A stretch of 64,000 bases of DNA from Ptychomitrium polyphyllum (GCA_973851085.1 OZ316775.1:7068001-7132000); one strand, 5' to 3'; positions 11,743 through 26,500 are shown, numbered from the stretch's first letter. Numbers and translations: made by a program. Notes: generated by a model not told the origin, from the letters alone.

Positions 11743-14700
11743 TCACACCGGGTGCAGCTTCTGCAAGTTCGTTCTTCTCAGAAACAGCTCCAGCTTCGAA
11801 CTCCTATTCTTCTCAGAAGGTGACACAAAATTCTCCACATCCAGACCTGAACTCTTGTAAGCGTCGACCATCTGCTCTTCTCCTTTCTCCTTCCAGTAAG
11901 TATCCAGCACGGCACCAAAAATTGTCAGGGCATGACCCTCCTCTCTAACCTCTCCAGGATTTTCACCAGCCACTTCTAATAAGTTGCCTACTTCAACCAA
12001 AGTAAATACTCCAGAACAAACTAATCTACCTAAAATGACTCCCAAGAACTCTGGAGCTTTTGGGACATCCACTACTGTGTCTATGAATCTTGACAGCATA
12101 CGTTCGATCCTGCATCCAAAGCATCACTGTCAGCATGATATGCATACGCCAGCACATCATGATTAAAGACACAAAACAGCGATTAAACAAAAAAGTGAAT
12201 GGTTAGCTGCCAGCGAGCAATGAAGAAAGCATACCCCTTCTCGAGCTGATCACGTGACAGAAGAGGAGGATCTATTCTGTGAAGATGCAGCAGCAACTTT
12301 ACAAGCAGATCCCTTTCTCTGTCTTTCTTCTCAAGAGATTCCGACACCCACGTATACACCATTTCAGGGTGATGCTTGAAAGCTTTCAGCTCCTCCACGC
12401 ATAATGCCGCTTCCTTCAGGTCTGTTACACTGCACCCCCGCAGTTCAACACACTTTATCAACAACTGCCAAAGAGCTGATCAAAACCTAGGACATCCGAA
12501 TGATCAAAACCACGTTTGCTATTCTAATGCCAGAGGAAGCACGGCCGGATCAGAGCCAATGCAACATGACCATACACAAATATCCATTATGATAAACGAT
12601 ATCTTTCAAATTACCAACCAGCCGAATGTTCGTTCTCCAAAGCACCGTGTGATCCTAATAAATCCCTGCCTTCGCACACAAAGTCATCCCGAAATAGCTC
12701 ACCTGTAATATTCACTTATAGTCGATTCCCACTTCTTCTTCAGCTCATCTTCACTCAAAAGGGGCGGTGCCGTAGATGGACGAGCTGATGCCAGAGGAAC
12801 CGTGGACTCGTTTCGTTGCACCTGGAAGGTACTGGAAGACGCGTTCAGTGGACCAGGCCTTTCTACTACTCTTTGCTGTTCCGGTGTGCTTCGCAAGTCT
12901 CGCATACCCGGACTCAGCCTGTCACCTCCAATCGGTATGTCTAGTATAGGCCTCTCAGCTGATCTAGGCCTCTCAGCTGATCTGGGCCTCTCTGCACTAG
13001 AGGGTCGCATTGAAAGCTCTTCCCGATTACCAAAGTGTGGCCTATCTTGACCATACCCGCCCAAAATAGGTCCTGAACTCAACCGACGCATCTCAGGGGT
13101 ACCCGACATCATGGGCACCGCATCTGACAACGCACTCCGCCCACTACTCAACGATTGTTGCCGTACTCCCACCCTACCAAGTCCACCTTGTGGGCCCAAA
13201 GTAATGTTGCCTTCTTCACCACCCCTTTGAGACAAGGGCATTGGAACAGGTCGAAGATCCATTGAAAGCGATCTATCCTCCATTCTCACGTCCTGCACAA
13301 AACCACCCCCACCACGCATCCCCCCTTGTGGGGATGGTGCCCTTCGCATACTATTCATAGGTGGTCCTGTGCAACAAACAAGTCCATAGGGTCACTCACG
13401 CATCCTTGCCATGGGGTGAAACTAGCCAAGCCATTGACAAGAAAGCACTGATGAGTTTCGAAACATAGTAGCCTCATCACTTGATTCAAACTAACCCTAA
13501 AAGTCAACAAGTATCCTATCGGATGCTTGCAGCAAAGGGCGACCGTAGTTGATGCTTTAGCAGAAAACACTCGCACCAAAATGCAGAAAGAACAAATAAA
13601 CAAACCACTGACGAAAAATACAGATTTCAACGTATTGAATGCCTGGGTTCCTAGGGGGAAGAAATGAAGAATCATCCCAAGCTTACCAGCCGCCATCGGC
13701 CCAGGAGAATACATCGGAGATGGCGGACCTCGCATGCCAAATTCCGGACCGGGCCCCATCCTTGGCCGAGCAGACCCTCCCCCAATGCTGGGACCTCGCC
13801 CTAAACGATCCCCACGGGCAGCTTGCTGCCTTTCTTGGACAGCATCCCTGTGCACCTCATCGATCTTCTTTGGTCCGTCCACCTTCCTCCTCTCCTGCCA
13901 CCCGTTCCTCCGAAGTTCCATGCAATCCTTCAACATGAACCTAAGCCGGGATGAAAGCTTCGTGTTATTGGAAAGAGATTCCATACGTCTAAAGTAGGCA
14001 TCAATGTGCTCCTTGGCTTTATGATGGTCAATGATTCGGCCGATAGTGCTCATCAACTTGCACAAAGCCTCCACATCTTCCTCGTCGGGATTCTGGATGT
14101 CCCCTAGCAACTTCTTGATACACTCGTGCATGATCCTTTCAGTCAGCATGCTCTTCTTGTAAAGTTCACCAATGAAACGGATGTTTCCTAACATTCGCCT
14201 TCGAGCCTTCAGACGTTTCTCCTCCCTTTCTTCGGGTGTCATCTTTATTTCCACGTGCTCCTCCTCGTCTTTCTCTGCTTCCTCTTGTTCCCTTTCCCCA
14301 CGCTCAAACTCTTCTTGGCATTTGTTCAGCAGAACACGCTTGAAAGTGAATTTCTCATCATTCTCGGTGAACTCTGGCAGGTCTGCAGCAAGCTTCACGC
14401 AAAACTGTGCGTACATTTCACAAAACGTGGGTTCCATCAATGCTTTGTCAAAAATCTGTGAGATTACACCTGTAAGCGTAGTGGCAGAGTCAATATTGGC
14501 TTCCTGAACCTGAACAAACAGTTTGTCAAAATTCTGGGGTGTCAGCTTGTTCAAGATCCCCTTGATCAGCCTCTGCTTTGCTTGCTCTTCGTCTGATACC
14601 TTACCAACCTCGTATCTATTCTCCGCCTTGTGAATTGCAGGCAGAGGAGTCCGAGGTGATGGAATCAGGCCCGGACCCTTTCCTCCTGCCATTGGTTGTC

Positions 14701-17700
14701 GAAGCCACCTATCTCCATCCACACCATTTGAGCTGCGCCCAGGAGGACCAGGTGCCATGAAATGCGGCAGGGGCATATTACCAGGCCCTCGTTGAACCAA
14801 ACCTGGAAACCCAGGCTGGCCTGGCATGCCAGGCCATTGCTGTGGCACTGGGGAGATCAAGCCGGGTTGCATACCCTGTCCAGGCCGGAACCCACCTTGC
14901 ATGGACATATCCATGCGTGCATCTCCAGGTTGATTCCTACCAGGAGAAGGAACTAGTCCAGGTTGTCTAGTCCACCGATCTTCATCTGGTCCCTGCTGTA
15001 TGCCGCTTCCCCTCCTCTCTAATCTCTGTCCCCCGCCACTGGCCTGTCGGTCCGGATTTCGCGCAGGGCTAGTCATTCCATCGGCAAATAACCTGTCTTT
15101 GTCGAGTAACAGCTCCGCAATATCATGCCTAATTTCAAAGTTGGGAGGAAATTCTCTGTTTTGGTCCCTGAAGGTCATTAGAAAATCGCGCGTGTATTTC
15201 CTATCACCGGTATCCACAGCATGGGCGACCGATATGGTTGGCGTCGGAAGTTCAGCAGCATCTTCCCAGTCGTCCACCTCCTTCGGCAAAGCCTTATCTT
15301 GTGCCACAGCAGAATCCTTCACATCATTGCCCGAAGATCCTGTACCAGAAACCTCACTTCGCTTCACCTCCACTAGCTTCTTCTCCTCAGGTGCCTTGTA
15401 TGCGTTGTAAAGATCAGCCGTGTTACCAGCTGCGTCTGCCCGTGCAAGGAACTCTTTCTTCTTCTTCTTCCTGCTTCCCACTTTCAGGCCCTCCTGACCG
15501 GAATTCGAATTCCCAACGATTGCAGGTTCCGCTGCATCCAATTCGTTCTCTAGTGTGTGCACAGCCTCGCTCACTTCCCTGGTCGAAATTCCAGAGGTAC
15601 TGCTCAACAACGGGGCGGACTCTACGTCGGAGCCAGATTCTTCCACCACTGATGTGGCATTTATTTCAGACCTACATGAATTGCTTGCTGTGGATTCTGC
15701 ATGTTCTAACGGTCTTGAATTCACACCCTCGTCTTCAATTGAACCCTCAGCGCCCTCCAGCGGTTCTGATGAATCCTTACTCTGCACCTCATCGGCGGTG
15801 GAGCCCACCGAGTCGACTACTGACAGATCCAATCGCGAACTTTTCTGGACAGCACCAGCTTCAACGGCCTTCGGGACCTCCTCGGTGGTGTCCGATACAA
15901 CAGTAGAGTCCTGTTGCAAAGACTTCACCTTGCCCTCAGACGTAGATGTATCCAGATCTAGATGTGAAGGACTCCCCGGAACTGCTTCAAAGATATGGTC
16001 GCTCTGGAGAATCTGTTTGTCTGCTCCGTCACTCTCCTCCAAAGGCTGTGCACCAGCTTCCGAGACACCTGATTCCTCGACTGCCGCTTCTTCACTCCCT
16101 ACAGTTTCCGCACCCCCAGCAGCTACCATGTGCCCCTCTGGTAGCTTGGTCGACAGTTCCATTTGTGGCTCTGTCACCATGGGGGTGTCGTCTACCACAT
16201 ATGTCTCCTTCTCTGAACCTGACACATGGGAAGCCAAATCCTCTGTGAGCTTGCCGGCTGCTACATCATCAGCCTCCGATAATCCGAAACTACCCTGATC
16301 AACAACCTCGGCATCCTCCTCATGCACGTCAATTACAATAGATTCTGCTTCTTTGAGAACATCCTCGTTCTCAATTGGCGCTGCAGCACTGGTCTGGGGA
16401 GTCGTTGCCTCAGGTGAAACGGTACTAGGCTCTACTTCAGCATTCTCCGTCGCATGCTTCACTGGCTCCTCACCAAGACTAGAGATAGCTGCAGCCGGGT
16501 TTACAGAAACTTTCGCATCTTGAAGCTCGCTCTCATCCAAAGCTCTCGACTCTTCTGCCTGAGGGTCAGCAGGTTCGTCCTTCACAAGCATTGAAGGAAG
16601 ACTCGTGGACGCCGTGGACGCCGTGGACGCACCTGAAAGCAATACAGACGTATCTGTTTTCAAAGAGCTTTCAGACGCCACGCGCGCGCCTTCTTTGTCC
16701 TCCCCTGAAACATTCTGCACAGCAACGGACTCACCCTCACCTTTAACTGCAACAACCCCTCCAGTCCCTTGAGACTCCATGCTCTCTGAGGCTGTATCTG
16801 ATGAAAGACACAACCATCACCATGTAAACATCCAAGCAACTCATAAGAGCATCAAACACAATCCATGGCCAGCTTGGTGCAAGGCCCTGGAATGGAGACG
16901 GTAGACTGCACTTGGAAAAATAAGCAGAATGAGACTCTAACACACACAAAGGCATGGCTTCGTTTGGGCATAATCTTTAAGCAATGCCGAGCCTGTCCAA
17001 CCTGCAAAATGAACTTGATTTCAAATCAGGCCACTGCCCTGACTATAGCCATGCATACCTTGATGAGGGACCTTGCTACCAGCTTTAGCATTGGCCGACT
17101 TGGACTCTTCCGGCTTGCTTCCCGAGCTCTTCACAGGCGTGTACACTGCTGTACTGCCATGAGCTCCAGATTGAGTCCTTTGCAAGCCTGATTTGAGGCC
17201 CCCGGCCACATAAGTTTTATCCATCGAGTTCTGCCCAGCTGGTGAAACAAGCTGGTCAGCGTTCTTCTCACTCTCAGAGACTTGCAGATTTGCTAGATGA
17301 GGTTGTTGTTGATGTTGTTGTTGATGTTGCTGCTGCTGCTGCTGCTGCTGCTGCCGTTGCCTGTCCTTCTTGCTGTTCTTCCTCGAAGTCGAATTTCCGC
17401 TTGTCTTCGCAGCTTCTACCTTCACTTTCTCTCCAAAAGTTCCTGCACCGCCTGTGCCAGGAGGAGTCATCATTTTCGGACTGACACCACTTGCATTTGA
17501 AGAGCCTGTAACCTGCTTAGGTGGAATAACAGTAACACTTGGCCGATTCATGACAGGACCTGAAGCCCCAGGAGAGGTTAGGCTGCCTACTACACCAACA
17601 TGCGCGGGACCAACACTTGCATTCACAGATTCTACCCCTGTCGATGCATGTCCATTTGCACCGTTTGATGATCCTTCACTACTTGCTTCGCTGGTTGCAA

Positions 17701-20700
17701 CCGGGGTGGAACCCGATGCTTCCACGTCGCCGAACTTGAATGCAATCGATGCATTTGGTGAAGGAAGCACAGAACTGGGAGTCAGGGGCGCAGGAGGGGA
17801 AACAGGAGGCACAGTCAAGCTAGGCGGCCTCCCATTAGAGATGATCGGAGCATTCATCCCCACAGGAGGTGGAATTGCTCTAGGATTGCCAATTACAGCA
17901 GGAATACCTGGAACTGTAACCGGGGGCGGCCCCACCACAACTGGAATAAGCGGTGCCACAGGAGGCGTACTTAACATCTCAGCTGGATTGGGGCCTGGGT
18001 TTGCAGCAGACCCTAGCGGAGGCACGGCCCCCAGTTGAGGGGCAACTTTTGGACCAGGTGGCACTGGAGCGGTTCCTGAGTGCCCAAAAGTCACACCTTG
18101 TCCAGAGTGGGCAGGATTAAACGGACCATACCTTACAGGCGGAGAACTAGAAAGAGGCGCTCCAGAAAAGCCACCTGCCTTGGAAATCCCTTGCGGGTAT
18201 ACCTGAGTATAATAATACATATTGGAAGGACCCATATGGTGTGACGGATTGTATCCTACGGGGGCCATCGGTTGAATAAGACCATTGCTAGAACCCCTAA
18301 CTGGAGTCCCAAGACCAGATGGAGGCACAATGTCTGCACTCTCCTTCTTTACTGGGTTGATTTTCACTTCCTCGTGGGTGTTTGGGTCCAAGATTTTAAT
18401 TGCCCTGCTCTTTGGTTTCTGTGTCATAGTAAATTGATTTGTGGGAGGCCCATACGGTACTGACATACCCCCAGGGATTTGCCCGCCCACACCACCCATA
18501 TTGGGTCCTAGCTGATGCGCCATTTGAGGCATAGGTTGTGCAGATAATGGATTAGCCAACTGGCTACCAATGGGAGTACCTAGCATTTGAGAACTGTGAT
18601 GAGGGGCAGCCATCATAGATGGTGGATACTTCAGGCTTCCTTGCACCATCCCCTGCTGCTGCGGCATCGCTTGCTGTTGTTGTTGCAGCTGCTGTTGCTG
18701 CTGTTGTTGATGGTGCTGGTGCTGGTGCTGGTGCTGCTGGTGTTGATGCTGCTGTTGATGCTGCTGATGCGCCAGAGCTTGCTGCTGCTGCTGCTGTTGC
18801 ATTTGTTGGGCCATCTGTGCACCAGTCGTTGCATGAGAATGTTACCAACGCGATTCTGCTCAGCAGCAGACACACTCTCATGTTCACTTACATGGCACGT
18901 TGGGTAGGGTCAGCAGCAATACCTGAGAAGCATGGGGCATGTGCGGAGCTGGCATGTGCAAGTTGTTGGCTTGTGGATGCTGAAAATACTGAGGTGTTTG
19001 ACCTAATTGCTGGGGAGGAGGGGCCTGAGCCGTTGTTGCAACCGGTATTAGCCCTTGTTGGGAACTCATACTCGGTTGCATATGCTGCACCATTGCTGGT
19101 ACAGCTTGCTGCTCCGTTGCACCACCCACATTTCGCATGGCAACCTGTCACATGATGTCAACCGACACAAGTTGAGAACCTAAAGAGCACAAAAACTTGC
19201 CATGCATGTTGGCCCTATATCAACCTACAGTTCCACAGGACGGTGAGAAAAAAACAATATCGTGTTGCCAATGCAACATCACCCTCCAGATTGTTTTTCA
19301 CAAAACATTGAATATGATCAGCACGGGTGCCTGAGCACCAGTGATGAAAAATCCACTTCTCCAAGAATCGGTGACAAAGACGCCTGCGATGCAGACATGT
19401 TGGTTCTATCGTGGGGCCATCAAAAAGCATCCACTACACATTCATCAAACACATGAAAATTGCTAGCTTCCGATATGTTACCCATTGTATTTAGAAGCTA
19501 TCTCTCTGTGAAGCCACCACTCAGAGGCTCTATCCATATAGAGGCGCCCAACCTACCTGTGCATTCTGTTGCTGCCCAGAGGCCAATACTGGTGTTCTTG
19601 GCAACGCTCGCTCAAAACGTGCCTGGGCTCACAACATGGCGAATATCATCACAACTAACATCAAGATGCACAACCACACCACGCAAGCTGTGTACGCCTA
19701 CTGTTACATCCAAGTGACAGACTATCATAGCATGATTGTTCACAGCAACAACACACTGACCACAAATGCTAACGAAAGGTACGACACTGTACACCAACCT
19801 GTTCGTGTTTTTGCTCGTCAAGATTCGGTGGAGCAGAATTGGTACGTAATGGATACTTTGCACACAAACACAAGGGTATTGTCAGCATTGTCAGCACCCA
19901 CGCACACAAACCAATTGGGAGGGATCACCTAGGTGTACGCCACTGACATCTACTTTCTACTGGACCCACAATGAGCTTAATACGCCTAGACCAAGTCTAT
20001 CATGACAACGTACAAGGATTGTCAGGTGCAACGAGCCATTCACCTAAACCGGTGCCAAAATTCAGCCAACATCCCTCCCCTATTTGACTGAGGCCTATGG
20101 TTTCAAAACACAAGCTTTGTGCATGCTTTGCTTACTGGAGTTGCAGAGGGTTTCCCGCTTGTTGAAACGCCACCAAAACCGCTAGGCTCAAAACTCCCAA
20201 ACTGGAAGGAAAAGGAACTGTGCGATGATTGCGAAACTGGAGGTGGTGCACCTACACAGAAAAACCAAGAAAAAAACACTTAGCACAGTGTAATAACTGT
20301 TGCAAGAATGGCCACAAATCCTCGCCGAACGAGCAAGCTCTTATACGTAGTAAGCTGTCCTCGCCAACAAAAAGAAAAGGGGGACGGGGGGAACAAAGAA
20401 CGGGAAGCACTTGAAGCAAAACCTTGGAATACAAAACCATCGGTTCAGTTACAGCATTTCCTACATGAGCAAACAAAACACATTTTCCAGTTCCAGGTGT
20501 GCAAAGAACTGACGGTGATCGCTTACCAGAGGGCGTGTCAGCTTCAGAACCGGTGGCTACGCTAGACGGAGGAGCAGGAGGTTTACTGGTCGGAGGTTGC
20601 TTAGCAACAGTCGGAGCTCCGGATCCTGCGTGTCCGGATGTTCTAGCAGGCATTGCGCCCTTCAAATCTGTACTCTGTTGTGAAGCTCCCATCTGTGAGT

Positions 20701-22642
20701 GCTGGTTTGCATCTGCAGACCCCACACCTTGGCGCACCACTGTTGCTGCAAATCAAAAGATTGTCAGTTGCTAAATGCCACTAAAACTTCTCTATCGAAG
20801 TCTAAAGCCCTGCGTCTGGACACGTCCACACATATGAAGGCAGGTCAGCAGTACGCGCCGTGCTCACATCACCATCTGGTCGACTGACAATTATGCTATG
20901 AGACCCACATATGCATGCTTGCAAGAGCTTAAATGGAACACGACCAGACCAACCCGGGAGAAACCACAAATGCGGGTGACGCATGCCAGAGGTTACTAGA
21001 AACTATAAGAGCATTCACCTTGCTGCTGCTGACCGTTGTGGTGCTGAGATAAAACCGGTTGCTGCACTTTGCTATTGACGCCTTGCTCTGGAGGCCCTGC
21101 GCCTGGAGCGCCTCTTCCAGAGGCAGAAGGTCCATTTGCACGCTTTCCACTGTCAAACAAACGAGCGAACAGGTAAATACTGATTTCAAACTCAGCACAG
21201 CGTACAGCGACAACGGGAAGAACCACCATTCGAGGTGGAGAGGAACGAGGGACTGTTGACCCAAACTACGGAAGGGTTTGAATAAAGACGATGTTGTAGC
21301 ATTGCTCGCCAAACTCTTTCATTATGCGTTGGTGGCTGCTTTAGCTCTGCTAGTCCCTCGAAGACCACATGCCTGGAATGGACAACTCATCCTCCCATTC
21401 GCAAGTGGTGAGAAATCTAACATGGAGCACACAATGGGGTCCAGAAGAAAAACCAAAGAAATAATGAACCTTCGAGCTTCTCAAGTAGGGCCCTACTGAC
21501 TTCCCGATCCTGAGTCGATATGGCATTAGCACTTCGGAGTCTCGGAGCAACTACCTGACATTTCTTGCTTCACTCGCCTTTGCATCCGCATCCCAGCAAT
21601 TCCCAGCTTAAACACTACCAACGCGACGCTGGAAACACAAGGAATCGAGGCAGAGACGTCCAAGTGCAAAGCCAACCATAAGCACTTCCATACCAAATTG
21701 TAAAATGCCGCTGCTTAACTGAACGCTCATCGAGCCACCGCTAGTTCACGCTCATGGTGATGCTTTTCAAAGCGGCAGCGCACTCATCCATAGCTCATGA
21801 GTCCTCAAAGCTTGCCTTCATCACAACTCTAACCGCGCAATGAGGGCACGGGACAACTCACGGGTCTAATCGCCCCTCATCTAGGTCAGCCGTGGCGCTA
21901 CCTGTTTAGAAACAGATACCATCGCAGGACCGGGGGAGGGGGGGACCAGAGCAGCGCTTCCTAATGAACATAAAACGGCAGCCCTCTTCACTGATGCGCA
22001 CATCCTAACTCGACACTCATGCATCCGTCAACTGCTCGACTGTTACTTCCCCCTCCTGGAGGTACGAGAACGATACTCCACTAAAACGGTCGCCCAGGAA
22101 AAGGGTGGAACCCTATCCCCAACGACGAAATAGCATTGACGGAGAGCGAGCGGAAGGACCTCCCTGACTCCCAGGCACCAGAAGGTTCTCAACAAACAAG
22201 TTCCAATGTCTTACACACCACTAGCTCCAGAGACGGAACCCTAATAATTTCGAAGAAACCATGATTGGAGGAACACGTCACGAACGCTCTGAGGCAAGGA
22301 TTGGAGTCGTCGGCAATTATCCCGATTGCAGAGCACCGCAACGACTCGAACGAAGGCGTGAGTGCGAAACCCGACACCAAAGGCAATCGGGTGCATGCAA
22401 AGAGCTTACCTGCGGTTGGTGGAAGCGGCCACAGCAGTGGGGCGAGCTGCGGACGCAGCAGAGGGAGACGGCTGGGGCGGCCCCGCACCAGAAGGGGCGC
22501 TGCTGAAGGGCGCGGGCCCTGCGCCCTTCACGGGAATCGATTGACCGCCCCCGCCTCGCGAATGTCCAGGACCACCGCCCGCCCTCCCAGCCTTTTTCAG
22601 CTGTGCGTCAGTCCGGTCTCCCTTGCCTTGGTAATGGGACAT
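11743..22642 (-). CDS. eIF4G: Translation initiation factor eIF4G, minus-strand copy, complete (12 coding exons, ~2378 aa)
   Basis: Mirror exons 22642-22410, 21149-21019, 20745-20527, 20251-20136, 19855-19799, 19622-19557, 19144-18923, 18814-17059, 16797-13687, 13366-12703, 12429-12235. A unique last exon 12109-11743 (tgcag|G ATC GAA CGT: IERMLSRFIDTVVDVPKAPEFLG...LHPV*) completes the MA3 domain. Summed CDS is 7137 nt, divisible by 3. Confidence 0.93.
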
Positions 22643-23569
22643 ATATGAGAGCTTTCGTCCCTCCCTTGCGCTTCTTTGAAAAGGATCTGCCGATCCGCCT
22701 GCGACGACGACCTACCGCCCTCCGTCACGGACCGACCACCTCCGGCCTGCCCTATCCTACACCAATTCTCTCACCAATTCTCTCCCACGCATTTCACCCG
22801 AGCCAAACCCCGCGCCTCCGCTGCGCGCGACCGGCAAAAAACCCTTATCTGCGCGCGGCCCCGCAGCACCACCACCTCCGGTGTCAAAATTGACCTGCCA
22901 ATGAAAACGGGCGCGCGCGCTTGCTCTCAATACATCCAATAGCGCAACACAGACCAGTTGCGGTCGCGGTTGCGTGTGCGTGGCGCGGGGTTCCCTGAGC
23001 AGCGTCCACCTGAGCAAACCCTAACGATCACGTCTTCGCAACGTTCCGGGGAGAGGGGGGAGGGAGAGGAGGGAGAGGGAAGGATGGAACAGAGAGGAGG
23101 GAGAAGAGAGGGAGCAGAAGGGGGGGGGAGGGAGACACAACACGCCGAGAAATTCACAGGGCGGGCGTCGGCATTCACAGGGCGATGGCGGAGGGAAGGA
23201 GATGGTGTGTGAGTTGGTAGAGTATCTGTTGAATGATGATGGAAAAACAACCCGCGCTCCTTACAGAAGCAAAGCAAGCTCTGATGGCGAACCAACAGAA
23301 CGGACTCTGGCCCCCTTCCCTCCCCTCCCTGACCCTCCCCGCCCTGGCATCGCTAGGGTTCCCCGGCCAGACCCACTCCGCCCCGACCGACCACCGGACG
23401 GGGCGCTGCCACCACGATCCTCGCCTCTGAGCTGTGTGCGCCACGGGTCTCGCCGGACCTCTATTCTAATCTCTCAGGATCTCGCCGGGCGCCTTGGTCG
23501 CCCTGCCAATGCCAGTGAGTCCCCTTGCACGGTCCCCGGACTCCCCGCGCGGAAGTCACTGGGGCTCCT
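12189..23569 (-). repeat. Right arm of the inverted repeat
   Basis: Reverse complement of 1..11381 at a constant offset, so no net indels. One substitution seen: G1567 vs T22003, where C is expected. Confidence 0.98.
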
Positions 23570-26500
23570 CAGAGCCTTGCTGGAGACTACTACAGTACCT
23601 TTCCTCCCCTCTAATCCTATGCAGAGAGGAGAGGGCCCCCTCGTGCTCCCATTGGGCTTGAACGTCCAGGAGTAGCTTAACTTCCTGGAGTGGGTCAGTC
23701 ACCCTAATTAGGAGGCGACCCAGGAGTGCTAGAATGGGAGATGGCTATTTGCTTCCCCAGTGTTAAAATTGTGTACTTGGCAAACACTAGAGATCTTGAG
23801 ACTGTCATCATTCTACAATACCACGGCTTCTCTTTTTAGTTTGTGAAGACTTTGCTCCTGCATCATTTCCATCTTCTTTCTTGTTATTCTTCCTCTTCCT
23901 TTCTTGCAAGGAAATGTGGAACTTTAACTTAGTGCATAGCAAGGTCTCCACCTACTCCAATAATTGGTTGAGAACATTCTCAAAAGAAACCTCTGCCACT
24001 ACCTCTATCACCACCACCCCCACAATATAATGGTTGAATTCTTTTTTCATCTTTTTTCTTTCTCCCCACAAGGAGCTTGCTATCAATTCCCTATTCCAAT
24101 TTGGATTCATTGAATTGCTTGCTCAATCATATCCCTTCATAGACATTTATCCACCGACTTTTTTGAATTTGACACCACTCAAACCATATTCTCTCATCAA
24201 ATATCAAATTTTTGGTAGACGTAGCTACTTACAAGAGCACATATGCAAAGAAAAATGCACACCACACATGTATCATTCTAAATTTCAAACAAAAGTTTTG
24301 CTCAAAATGAAATGCATACATATCAATGCCACAAGTTTTAGTACCATGACCATGTGATTATGCTTATTTCAACCCCTTGGTTTCAAGAAATAGAAATCTA
24401 AAGATTCTTTGCAGTAAACAATATATAAAGTAAAATTTCCACATTTCACACTTTATTTATAATGAAGTGACACTGTCTTATTTAGTCTTTATGTAATCAT
24501 CTTCTCTTCTCAATCCACACCAACCCTCCAAAAGAAACACGAATAATATTTGAATGCCTTAATTTGGATCACTTTTGTATTCATATACATGTATACGTGT
24601 ATATAAATAAGATTTCTAGGACCAAGTTTAGGAAATACATGTCCAGAATAAAAAAGACAAACTATAAGAAAGTGATTGTTTAGCCATTCTTAAGTTGGCC
24701 TCCATGTTCAAGTGAAACAATAATTTTAAACAAGATGTTGATAACAAGACGCCTTTTAATGTGTGATGGATAGATAATCATGAGGCACACTATAAATGTT
24801 TGTGTTTTAGATTTTGCATATTTGTGACCACATTTGATACATCTCTTTGTGTAAATTTTTTTAAGTGCAAACATCAATAATTTTTAAAAAGTGTAAATTT
24901 TAATGACTCTTTTGTAAACACACACATATAATATAATACAAAAGATGTAAAAACATGTGTAGGTGGAAGAAATCAACATGATGAATATGGAATATAAACA
25001 TAAGACTATTTGTTTAAGTGAAATGAAATCATTTTTCATATGTATAATACTTCTTTTTTGATTTGCAATTAAAAAAACATAAGATACTCTTTCATCCCAT
25101 GAATGCAACACATAGGTAGCTAATTAAACAACATAGGCTTCATTAGCCAATGTAGTTATTGTGTTTAAATCCACCATCATATGATTATTAAGATCACAAC
25201 TCCACATTTCTTTGTAGACTTCTAATATCTAATGAATTTCTAGTGTCTAATAAATTTTTTAGTTTATCATCCTAATATCATCCATTGTGTAGGCTTGAAT
25301 ATCAATGGTTTTAATCCTTGCTATACAATGACATTCCTCAATATTTTTAAATGGCTACATGCATATCTATTTTCCATTGAATAATAGATTTCTTATTGTA
25401 TGTATACTTTGTACATTGATATTTTGAATGACATCATTTTTGTGCATTTACATGACAAAATGTAAGAATATTGGATTCACCTCCCAAGCGGACAATGCAG
25501 AGATTCAAACAGGCAACTTAAAAACAACTATTTTTAATTTTTTTATAAACTTCTTCATGATGTTCACCATCTTATGTATATAAAAGCCTACAATATAAAT
25601 TAAAAAAATATGAACCTAATTCATATTCCATTACAAAAATGAAGTTTGCAAGTATATAATTATTGATTGTTTAAACAAAAATACAATAATTTTTATACTA
25701 AAAAAAAATACATTTTATATCCTCAATTATATATTGGTATGCCCAAAATTCATCTTATTGCGTAAATAAAGATTGCCATATACAACAAATCAAGTACCAC
25801 AATTGCTTTTTGAATTTGCAATTTATAAAACCAAATAAAAAACATCACAAACACACTTTCATGTAGTAAATACAAAAGGAATCACAACATTTGAATTAAG
25901 CTATTTTTCACTTTACAAAGAGAGAATTTAAGGCTGCAAGTGTAAGAAGAAATTCAAAGCTTTATTAAAAAGTTGCACCACCATCTTCAAGCAAGTCCTA
26001 ACAAGGTCTTTCAAACTACAATTACAAGACTCAACTTGGCAAAAGAATGCCAAGCCAAGGGAGTTTCTCCACTTAACACCTTCTTTTAATCTTAATTGGC
26101 ACTAAAACCAACTAACATGAAATTTACACTAAATGGATGAATTTTTTTATAAACTAAACTATACTACATTCATTCAATATAACTTGGCACTTGATGTCAT
26201 GTCACATGACAAACCACAATTCAAAATTTTAAGATTATGAATATAGAGTTATTAAAGTTTTGTATTGATTTTGTATTTCAAGAATAATTTGAGATCATGT
26301 GTAGGCAAAATTGTTATAAAACAATAATAAAAGAAATTTAATAAAACTTTGTTAACCTTTGTTTCCTTTCAAGCTCAACAATCATCCATTCTATGAAGAA
26401 GGCGGCTTCAAATACTTAGTGTCAAAATGATTTCTCTTCAAAGTTTAAGCACTTTGAACATCTTGTGAGATCTTTTGGAATGCTAAAATATTTTTTGTTT

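Noticed and set aside
4415..19155. Many 60-250 aa ORFs overlapping or antisense to eIF4G exons (e.g. 5532..6200-, 7272..8015-, 7664..8332- and their mirrors)
   Set aside because: Shadow frames of long GC-rich coding exons and CAG repeats (poly-A, poly-L, poly-S reads), with no independent domain signal.
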